Source of the DNA: Candidatus Iainarchaeum sp. | GTDB taxonomy: Archaea > Iainarchaeota > Iainarchaeia > Iainarchaeales > DTGL01 | Direction: 5' to 3' | Assembly: GCA_038886995.1 (NCBI GenBank) | Contig: JAWALG010000001.1 | Span: forward strand, 14,635 to 46,634 | DNA: 32,000 nt | In this document: in pieces, positions 7,631 to 13,919 of the stretch | Layout of the letters: each line of letters opens with the position of its first letter | How positions within the stretch are numbered: the first letter of the stretch is position 1 | Translations under genes and position numbers: made by a program | Notes under the pieces: generated by a model | Databases searched by the model: none | What the model was told of the DNA's origin: nothing | What the model saw: only the letters and a program-made list of their open reading frames with translations

Positions 7631-8812
7631 ATGGAGATTGGCATTGTTGGAGCACCAAACTCTGGAAAAAGCACCTTCTTTAATGCTTTAACATTGTGCA
7701 ACGCTGAAACCGGTAACAGGCCTTTTGTCACCATAAAGCCAAATCAAGGAATTGCATATGTTAAGATCAAATGTCCTCACACTGAAATAGGACAAAATTG
7801 CAAACCCGTGCATGGCTACTGCAAAAATGGCTGGCGATTCGTGCCAATAAAAGTTTGGGATGTCGCTGGCTTAGTGCCTGATGCGTGGCAAGGAAAAGGC
7901 CTGGGCAATCAATTTCTAAATGATATAATGGTTGCGGATGGCCTAATACATGTTTTAGATGCAAGTGGATCAACAGATACCCATGGGAATGTTGTTGGCC
8001 CGGGCAGATTTGATCCTGAGGAAACAGTAGTTTTTCTAAAAAAAGAGATGCAGTATTGGATAAAAGGAATAATAGACAGGGCTTGGCCTAACCTTAGGCA
8101 TGTCAAAAATGAAATGGCTGCAAGCGTACTTGCAAAGCAGATAAGCGGCCTTGGCATAGGCGAGGACTACATAAAGAAATGCCTTGCAGAGATAAACTCT
8201 GGCGAAAGGATATGTGATTGGAATGATGAAAGTAAGCTTGAATTTGCTGAGCTTTTGAGGCAGGAAAGCAAGCCCATGGTCATAGCGGCAAACAAAGCAG
8301 ACCTCAAGGAATCTGAAGAAAACATAAAAAACCTTAGGGAAAAATTCCCTGATGAAACAATAATTCCTGTTTCTGCTGAGGCAGAGCTTGCTTTGAGAAA
8401 GGCCTCAGAGCACGGACTAATAGAATATGTTCCTGGTGAAAACGATTTTAAAATTCTAAAAGATATTCCTGGAAAGCAGAAAGATGCGCTTGAGTTTATA
8501 AGGGAAAATGTTCTAAAAAAGTTTGGTAGCACTGGTGTGCAGCAGGTTCTGAACAAGGTTGCTTTTGATATTCTGGGAATGATTGTAGTTTTTCCGGTAG
8601 AAGACCAAGCAAAGCTTTCTGACTCTAAAGGCAATGTGCTGCCAGACGCTATGCTGCTAAAAAAAGGTTCTACTGCAATTGAACTTGCTTACAAAGTACA
8701 CACAAGCATAGGTGAATCTTTTGTTGCAGCAATAAACTGCAAAACAGGGCAGAAAATAGGGAAAGACACTGAACTCAAAAATGGTGATATTGTGAAAATA
8801 ATTGCGAGGTAG
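7631..8812 (+). CDS. ychF: Obg-like GTPase/ATPase, archaeal YchF type with a C-terminal TGS domain
   Basis: G1 is GIVGAPNSGKSTFFNALT, G3 is WDVAGLV and G4 is ANKADL. A Cys-containing insertion (KCPHTEIGQNCKPVHGYCKNGWRFVP) is typical of archaeal members as I recall them. The C-terminus is TGS-like (NGDIVKIIAR). I preferred the ATG at 7631 (MEIGIVG) over the TTG at 7613 because ATTTTAT lies about 25 nt upstream. Confidence 0.75.
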   Translation: MEIGIVGAPNSGKSTFFNALTLCNAETGNRPFVTIKPNQGIAYVKIKCPHTEIGQNCKPVHGYCKNGWRFVPIKVWDVAGLVPDAWQGKGLGNQFLNDIMVADGLIHVLDASGSTDTHGNVVGPGRFDPEETVVFLKKEMQYWIKGIIDRAWPNLRHVKNEMAASVLAKQISGLGIGEDYIKKCLAEINSGERICDWNDESKLEFAELLRQESKPMVIAANKADLKESEENIKNLREKFPDETIIPVSAEAELALRKASEHGLIEYVPGENDFKILKDIPGKQKDALEFIRENVLKKFGSTGVQQVLNKVAFDILGMIVVFPVEDQAKLSDSKGNVLPDAMLLKKGSTAIELAYKVHTSIGESFVAAINCKTGQKIGKDTELKNGDIVKIIAR

Positions 8813-8816
8813 AAAA

Positions 8817-9053
8817 TCAGGGATTTTGATCTTTTGCTGGTTCTTCTGTTATGCTTTCCTTAACCATTTTGCAGACCCTCGCAATCTCGCTTTTCTTGTT
8901 TTTTAGTTTATGCAGAGTGTAAAAGTACGCGTTAAGTATTGAGTCCAGTGTAAGGTTCCTCTTTATCCCAATCCTTGCAATCTCCTCAAAATAAAGCTTA
9001 ACTATGCGCAATGCTATCTCTTCATCGCTAAGCTCTGATTTCTTGCTTTGCAT
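8817..9053 (-). CDS. small helical protein (78 aa), translationally coupled to orc1/cdc6
   Basis: Its ATG overlaps the orc1 stop (TAATG at 9053). It is charged and helical with no TM segment. I recognised no family. Confidence 0.5.
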   Translation of the reverse strand: MQSKKSELSDEEIALRIVKLYFEEIARIGIKRNLTLDSILNAYFYTLHKLKNKKSEIARVCKMVKESITEEPAKDQNP

Positions 9054-10186
9054 TATAAAACCTCCTTTTTGGTTATCTGCTTGATTATTAACTCTTTTGG
9101 CTGTGCAAGGTCTATTTGCCTTGTCCTTCCACGAATGCCTTCCTTAATATCTTTTAATTTTATTAGCTTGAGATCTGCTAACCTGTTGAGCTTTTCCCTA
9201 AAGCTTCTTTCGGTTAATGGGCTCTGTGATTTTTCAGAGTAAAGCTTATAGAGTTCCCCTGAAAAAAGAGTGCCTTTATCGCACAAAATCCTTAGGAGTT
9301 CTTTTTCGTGTTCATCAAGAAATGGCGCGGCCTTTTGCAGTGCCCTCGGCTCTATTGTTTGAAATGCACTTTTGAGGTGTTCAACCTTTATTGCCTTAGA
9401 ACCCTTATTTTCTGCAATCCTTGCAGCAGAGAGAAGGACTTCTATTGCAATCCTAGCATCGCCATTGCATTTTGCACCATATGCTGCTGCGAGGTTTATT
9501 GTGTCTTGGTCAAAAGCGTTCTCAAAGAAAGCGAGCTTTGCCCTTTCAGCAAGTATCTGCTTAAGCTGCTCCGGGGTATAGCTTGCAAATTCAATTGATT
9601 TTGCTGCCAATGAGCTTTTGACTCTTGCATCGAGAAAAGAGAGTATCTCAGTAATGTTTGAAATCAAAATCATCCCAATTTGAATACCATGCTGTTCGTT
9701 TGCCCTAAGCAAATCGTAAAGAAGCAACGAAGATGTCCTATCTTTAATAAGTTGGTCTGCCTCATCAAATACAATAACTGGACTTACCTTCTTGGCTTTG
9801 AGTGTCTGCAAAAGTTCATTGTACAATTCATCTGCTGCAAGGCCACGCCTCGGCACAGCATTGCCTAGAGATATGCAAAGCTTGTTCAATATGGCATTTC
9901 TTGTGTGATCCTCAAAGCAATTTATGTAAAGGCCTTTTGCTTTGCAAGAATGTGCTTCGAGCTCCTTTATGACATACTTTGCAGTAACTGTTTTGCCTGT
10001 GCCTGGTTGCCCAAAAATAAAAAGGTTCTGGGGTTTGCCATTTCTTAGCAAAGGCCTTAACGAACTTACAATTTCTTCTATCTGTGCATCCCTAAAAGGC
10101 AGCCGCTCAGGAACATAATCAGGGTAGAGAAATTTTTCATCTTTTATTATGCAAGCATCCTCAAATCGGAACATATTTTTGCGCAT
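9053..10186 (-). CDS. orc1: Orc1/Cdc6 replication initiator (AAA+ plus C-terminal winged helix)
   Basis: Walker A is GQPGTGKTVTAKYV and Walker B is VIVFDEADQL. The N-terminus shows the typical LxPDYVPERLPFRDAQIEE. A C-terminal WH region follows. The 377-aa length is typical. Confidence 0.9.
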   Translation of the reverse strand: MRKNMFRFEDACIIKDEKFLYPDYVPERLPFRDAQIEEIVSSLRPLLRNGKPQNLFIFGQPGTGKTVTAKYVIKELEAHSCKAKGLYINCFEDHTRNAILNKLCISLGNAVPRRGLAADELYNELLQTLKAKKVSPVIVFDEADQLIKDRTSSLLLYDLLRANEQHGIQIGMILISNITEILSFLDARVKSSLAAKSIEFASYTPEQLKQILAERAKLAFFENAFDQDTINLAAAYGAKCNGDARIAIEVLLSAARIAENKGSKAIKVEHLKSAFQTIEPRALQKAAPFLDEHEKELLRILCDKGTLFSGELYKLYSEKSQSPLTERSFREKLNRLADLKLIKLKDIKEGIRGRTRQIDLAQPKELIIKQITKKEVL

Positions 10187-10228
10187 AAAAAATACCTGAT
10201 GCGATTTATTTTAATTTATTAACTTTGT

Positions 10229-10250
10229 CCTTCAGCGGAAATTGGGTGTC
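10229..10250. promoter_or_regulatory. single ORB-like element next to the orc1 promoter
   Basis: CCTTCAGCGGAAATTGGGTGTC resembles my recollection of archaeal origin-recognition-box consensus (TCCAnnGGAAA...GGGGTC), matching about 14 of 21 positions by eye. It abuts the AT-rich TATA region of orc1. I found only one copy. Confidence 0.25.
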
Positions 10251-10297
10251 ATAAGGCAGTTAAGCTTGGTAAGCAGTAAAAGTATTGAGGTGATGTA

Positions 10298-10477
10298 ATG
10301 AAGGTTCCAAGGAAAGTTGATTTTGAGGAGCTTACCATTGAAACCCTTGAGTTGGAAAAAGAAAAGCTTTTTGAAAAGCTTTTCAGAAGCAAGGAACCAA
10401 AAAAGCACAGGAACATGCTCTATGAACTGCTCGGCGTGATCGACTTCAAAAAGAGGTTTGAGATAAACGGAAGCTGA
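10298..10477 (+). CDS. small charged protein (59 aa), not in the ORF track
   Basis: ATG at 10298 is preceded by GAGGTGAT, which ends 3 nt upstream. Translation is MKVPRKVDFEELTIETLELEKEKLFEKLFRSKEPKKHRNMLYELLGVIDFKKRFEINGS. The opposite-strand 105-aa track ORF looks like an antisense shadow. Confidence 0.5.
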   Translation: MKVPRKVDFEELTIETLELEKEKLFEKLFRSKEPKKHRNMLYELLGVIDFKKRFEINGS

Positions 10478-10490
10478 CTTTACAAAGGAA

Positions 10491-10512
10491 GGCAGCAGCT
10501 TTGGCTGCTGCC
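10491..10512. other. perfect 9-bp stem hairpin GGCAGCAGC-TTTG-GCTGCTGCC
   Basis: Read directly from the sequence, 13 nt after the stop of the 59-aa ORF. It is followed by CCACCTCACCCC rather than a T-run. Confidence 0.5.
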
Positions 10513-10596
10513 ACCTCACCCCAACAAAGCGCCTAATGAATTCAGGCAAGAAAAGTATACGAAAGGTATTAAAATGTAAAGAACAAAGAATATCTT

Positions 10597-10887
10597 ATGG
10601 GGGAAGAGAAAAAAGAGGAAAAAAAGTCAGCACCTGCTCTAAGCACAGATGAATTTTTTAAGAAGATTTCTGCGAGTGCAAACAAAAGTGTAGGAAATTT
10701 TGCTGCTTTTATTTTTATAGTGCTTTTTATTGGAGTGGCAATAGGCACGTACGTTGCTAGCCGACATTCAAGGTACATAGAGCTTTCGCTTATTGCTCCA
10801 TTGCTTATTGGAATAATAGCATACTACAATAGGGATTTTGCTATTTTGCTCTCGGCTATCCTAATAGGAGCGCTAATTTTCCTCTGA
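10597..10887 (+). CDS. small membrane protein (96 aa)
   Basis: A K/E-rich N-terminus is followed by hydrophobic segments (FAAFIFIVLFIGVAIGTYV, LSLIAPLLIGIIAYY, AILLSAILIGALIFL). No family recognised. Confidence 0.5.
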   Translation: MGEEKKEEKKSAPALSTDEFFKKISASANKSVGNFAAFIFIVLFIGVAIGTYVASRHSRYIELSLIAPLLIGIIAYYNRDFAILLSAILIGALIFL

Positions 10888-10921
10888 GCTTTTACGCAGA
10901 AAAAAATAAAATAATTCCCTT

Positions 10922-10955
10922 GCAGCAATATATTTGCTGCTAAGGGGTTGGTATA
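10922..10955 (+). promoter_or_regulatory. leader hairpin plus SD (GCAGCAA-TATAT-TTGCTGC, then TAAGGGGTTGGTATA) upstream of the locus B plus-strand operon
   Basis: A 7-bp inverted repeat sits immediately 5' of the SD. A near-identical arrangement occurs upstream of the 61-aa pilin (13263-13296, minus strand). Confidence 0.4.
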
Positions 10956-11492
10956 GTGGTGCCTAAATTTAAGCCAACTGGCTTCTTTTCATCAGCTTTG
11001 GTTGTTATTTTTACTGCTGCATTAATTTCTATAATCGCATCTTATGTTAGGGAGCTTGCATTATTGAGAGAAGCCCACATAACAGCCATTGAAATGGAAC
11101 AAGCCAGCTTTGCAAGGTTTCAGGTGGAGGAGAATATTTCAAAAGTAATAAAGGAAACATTAGAATCAGAGTTATCAAAAAACAACACTGACTCGGTTAT
11201 TCTTAACAGCATTGTTAGCAAAAAGGTTTCAGATGTCTATGAGAGATTCAAAAAGCATTTTGGATGCGAGTTATACATAACTGATGGCACTAGCAGATAC
11301 CCTTTCACAGGCCTCAACGAACTATCCAGAACCATTGTATTTGATTCAGATGGCCTTACCATAGCAGAATATACTTACACTGGCGGCGCCATGAAAAACA
11401 AAAGCGTTGTTTGCAAAATACAGAAAGGCAGTGCATATGCTTTTGCATCACTAGTTCCAGGGTACACTGTGAGGGCAACAAAAGTTGGTTAA
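10956..11492 (+). CDS. pilin-like protein B1 (178 aa)
   Basis: GTG start with GGGG about 8 nt upstream. The leader is MVPKFKPTG|FFSSALVVIFTAALISIIASYV, a G|F cleavage-type motif followed by a hydrophobic helix. Confidence 0.6.
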   Translation: MVPKFKPTGFFSSALVVIFTAALISIIASYVRELALLREAHITAIEMEQASFARFQVEENISKVIKETLESELSKNNTDSVILNSIVSKKVSDVYERFKKHFGCELYITDGTSRYPFTGLNELSRTIVFDSDGLTIAEYTYTGGAMKNKSVVCKIQKGSAYAFASLVPGYTVRATKVG

Positions 11493-11493
11493 G

Positions 11494-11865
11494 ATGCATA
11501 AGAACATAGCACTAAAAAATCAAAAGGGTGTCGCAGCACTTGAAATGTTGCTATGCATAATGCTGGTAATAGTACTGCTCTCAATTGCATTGGAAAGCAT
11601 TCAGAGTACTGGAAAAACTTCTTATGAAAAGCACAAAAGATTAGAGGCATATGCTAAAGCAAAAAGTTGCAGCACACTAGTGGATTCGCACTACACAAAC
11701 CCACAGGTAAGTGCTTCCTTGGGGATTGATTGTGCAATTTTTGAAGGGGCAGTTGGAAGCGATTACAATGGAAGCTTTGTGTATTCAGAGATATTCTCTG
11801 GTGCAACAATAGTCACGAAGAAGCAAGGTACCGAGGTAAAGGTTCATGGTACGCACTACAAGTAA
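11494..11865 (+). CDS. class III signal peptide pilin B2 (123 aa)
   Basis: ATG at 11494 sits right after the previous TAA. The leader is MHKNIALKNQKG|VAALEMLLCIMLVIVLL, with KG at -2/-1 and E at +5. Confidence 0.65.
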   Translation: MHKNIALKNQKGVAALEMLLCIMLVIVLLSIALESIQSTGKTSYEKHKRLEAYAKAKSCSTLVDSHYTNPQVSASLGIDCAIFEGAVGSDYNGSFVYSEIFSGATIVTKKQGTEVKVHGTHYK

Positions 11866-12307
11866 AAAAGGCATGTTCTTTGCCTTAGACCTCTGTACAG
11901 CGTTCATAATAATACTCCTTGTTTGTTTTCTATCATTTTTCGTTTTTGTAAGAGTATCACAGTTCAGGTTAATACGCAGCAACTTTTTCGAAAATGAGCA
12001 TAACGCACTTTTTGTGGATTCGCTTCTCAAAAGAAGCGTCGATGAGAATGGCTTTGCAGATGTAAGCTTTGATGAGCGGCGCGTTCTTGAGAATCGTGTA
12101 GCTGACTTTGAAGTGGCATTTGAGAAAAACAGGGAAAACCTCCTCAGGAACAAGGTTATTGCATTAAAGCTAAGCAGCAATGAGATTGTTTTGGATAAGG
12201 AAAAAATTTCTGAATGCAGAGACATGGCTATATTCAGGCGAGCATTTTTGCTCAAAGGAAAATTTAGCATTTTGGAGGTGGCCTTTTGCAATGACACAAA
12301 GCATTAA
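11846..12307 (+). CDS. pilin-like protein B3 (153 aa)
   Basis: The leader is MVRTTSKKG|MFFALDLCTAFIIILLVCFL, with GAGGT upstream. It overlaps the previous gene by 20 nt. Confidence 0.55.
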   Translation: MVRTTSKKGMFFALDLCTAFIIILLVCFLSFFVFVRVSQFRLIRSNFFENEHNALFVDSLLKRSVDENGFADVSFDERRVLENRVADFEVAFEKNRENLLRNKVIALKLSSNEIVLDKEKISECRDMAIFRRAFLLKGKFSILEVAFCNDTKH

Positions 12308-12659
12308 CGGCTTTGTATTCACAATGGAATCTTCTATTTCAGCAATGCTTTTCGCAGTAGTTGCGTTTTCTGCATTGAGCATATTTTATTTTAGCGAAGG
12401 TCCTAGAACAGAGGAGCTAATAATATTGCAAAAAGAGCACGACCTGTTGAAGATATGGCTTTTGCAAAGGCCTACTAAGGAAGAAATGGTAAATGATGCG
12501 AAACAGATATTCGGAGAAAGATTTTCACTAATCACAGATGGGATAAAAGTTTTTGATGGAAACAAAAGCAGAGGAAATTCAAATGCGATATCAAGCAAGC
12601 TTTTGGTTATAGACAAAAACCTAAAAGAAACGGAAATAATTCTTATAGCATATGATTGA
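12291..12659 (+). CDS. pilin-like protein B4 (122 aa)
   Basis: Internal ATG at 12291 with GGAGGTGG upstream. The leader is MTQSING|FVFTMESSISAMLFAVVAFSAL. It overlaps the previous gene by 17 nt. Confidence 0.6.
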   Translation: MTQSINGFVFTMESSISAMLFAVVAFSALSIFYFSEGPRTEELIILQKEHDLLKIWLLQRPTKEEMVNDAKQIFGERFSLITDGIKVFDGNKSRGNSNAISSKLLVIDKNLKETEIILIAYD

Positions 12660-12661
12660 GT

Positions 12662-13069
12662 TTAGCAGTTTTGCACCTTTAAAAAAATAGCATCTTTTTG
12701 GCGCTTAAGCAAAAAGCAAGAGGTTTTATTCAAAGAGAGGGTGCTATTTGAAGAGATTACTTTAAATGCAGTATCAACATTAATGTCAGAACCATTGACT
12801 GAAAGTGTTATAAGCCCAGGCCTTATTGAAAAGTTCCAATCTTGCAAGGGATTGCATCTAAGTTCAAGTTCAGAGCCCTCGGAAAGTTGTTCCATTAGCT
12901 TTATTGAGCTTTTAAGCTCTGAGGCAAAAAGCTTTGCATTTGCCAAATCAATTGCTTTAATGGATTTGCTATAGGCCCTACTGGCTGAAGGTAGAATAAG
13001 GCACATGGCAGCAATTGCCACGGCAAGCACTATCAAAAACTCCAAGGAAATTTGCGCTTTTTGGTTCAT
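12662..13069 (-). CDS. class III signal peptide pilin B5 (135 aa)
   Basis: The leader MNQKA|QISLEFLIVLAVAIAAM is the canonical archaeal Q-x-S-x-E-[FY]-L-I pattern. The protein ends in ...KVQNC. Confidence 0.75.
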   Translation of the reverse strand: MNQKAQISLEFLIVLAVAIAAMCLILPSASRAYSKSIKAIDLANAKLFASELKSSIKLMEQLSEGSELELRCNPLQDWNFSIRPGLITLSVNGSDINVDTAFKVISSNSTLSLNKTSCFLLKRQKDAIFLKVQNC

Positions 13070-13076
13070 TAGACCA

Positions 13077-13262
13077 CTAGCTTAAGTTGCCTATATCATC
13101 TACCTTCTTGAAAAGCTCTTGCGAGCGCTTGTCTATGGACTTGCTTGCTTGAGTTGCTGATGCTTGAAGCTTTGATACAACAAGCAATGCAACCACTATA
13201 AGCGCTGCTAGCACAAGAATCATTTCAAGGGAAATCTGTGCTTTATTGCCTATGCCTCTCAT
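13077..13262 (-). CDS. ultrashort class III signal peptide pilin B6 (61 aa; predicted mature about 52 aa)
   Basis: The leader is MRGIGNKA|QISLEMILVLAALIVVALLVV, with a GGGGG SD 5 nt upstream. The rest is a short polar helix-like tail with no room for a globular domain. Confidence 0.7.
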   Translation of the reverse strand: MRGIGNKAQISLEMILVLAALIVVALLVVSKLQASATQASKSIDKRSQELFKKVDDIGNLS

Positions 13263-13296
13263 ACCAACCCCCTTGCAGCATAAAGGAATTGCTGAG
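13263..13296 (-). promoter_or_regulatory. leader hairpin plus SD upstream of the 61-aa pilin (minus strand: CAGCAATTCCTTTATGCTGCAAGGGGGTTGGT-ATG)
   Basis: It shares CAGCAAT...TGCTGC...AAGGGG(G)TTGGT with the 10922-10955 element by hand alignment. Confidence 0.4.
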
Positions 13297-13332
13297 CAAA
13301 ATGTTTAAAAAATATGTTTGTAAAAGCTTGAT

Positions 13333-13914
13333 ATGAAGAGAAGAGAGTTACAGGATCTCATAATAAGCTGGCTTACAATAAGCATTGCTTTCACAAGGAT
13401 AGGCCGTCTTCTTGACTTAGGGCATTTTTTCTACCTTTTCCCAATTAGCTTGATCGCGGTGGGTACTGGTTTTGTAGCACATGAACTAGCGCACAGAGCA
13501 GTAGCAAGAAAATATGGCTGCCACGCAGAGTTTGTGATGTGGCCTGAAGGCCTGATTATCGCGCTTATATCTTCTCTCATTGGCTTTATCTTTGCTGCAC
13601 CTGGCGCAGTATATGTATATGGCCCTCACTTAACAAGGAGGCAAAACGCAAAGATCTCGCTTGCTGGACCTGTGATGAATACTGCAATTGGTATTTTTTT
13701 CCTTTTTATATCTTTCTTCTTTATTGGAAACAGGGGCACATACATTGGTGAACTTTTTTTCGGAGTTGCAACTTTAAACCTTTGGTTTGCAACTTTCAAT
13801 CTTATTCCGTTTCCACCATTAGATGGGAGTAAGATATTGACATACTTCCCGGGCATTTGGCTGATGCTTTTATTGGGAAATATTTCAATGCTTGCATTTG
13901 TTGGCTTCTTTTAA
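13333..13914 (+). CDS. M50 family site-2 protease-like intramembrane metalloprotease (193 aa, no PDZ)
   Basis: HELAH (HExxH) lies in a TM segment. NLIPFPPLDGSKI matches the NxxPxxxLDG motif. The protein is polytopic. Confidence 0.8.
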   Translation: MKRRELQDLIISWLTISIAFTRIGRLLDLGHFFYLFPISLIAVGTGFVAHELAHRAVARKYGCHAEFVMWPEGLIIALISSLIGFIFAAPGAVYVYGPHLTRRQNAKISLAGPVMNTAIGIFFLFISFFFIGNRGTYIGELFFGVATLNLWFATFNLIPFPPLDGSKILTYFPGIWLMLLLGNISMLAFVGFF

Positions 13915-13919
13915 TTAGT

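Noticed and set aside
10298-10477. The 59-aa protein as ribosomal protein uL29
   Set aside because: There is superficial resemblance (ELTIETLELEKEKLFEKLFR versus the uL29 EEL...ELF.LR pattern). However, the C-terminal half does not fit, and the gene is not in a ribosomal protein operon. I left it as hypothetical.
10232-10549. 105-aa minus-strand ORF from the track, upstream of orc1
   Set aside because: Its sequence is low-complexity and looks like the antisense shadow of the K/E-rich plus-strand 59-aa ORF, which has a strong SD. The minus ORF has no SD or TATA context and would run across the GC hairpin.
13333-13914. M50 protease as the missing prepilin peptidase
   Set aside because: Class III signal peptides are processed by A24 aspartyl proteases with two catalytic Asp (GxGD-type). 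This protein has HExxH and LDG metalloprotease motifs instead. I kept only the weak adjacency observation.
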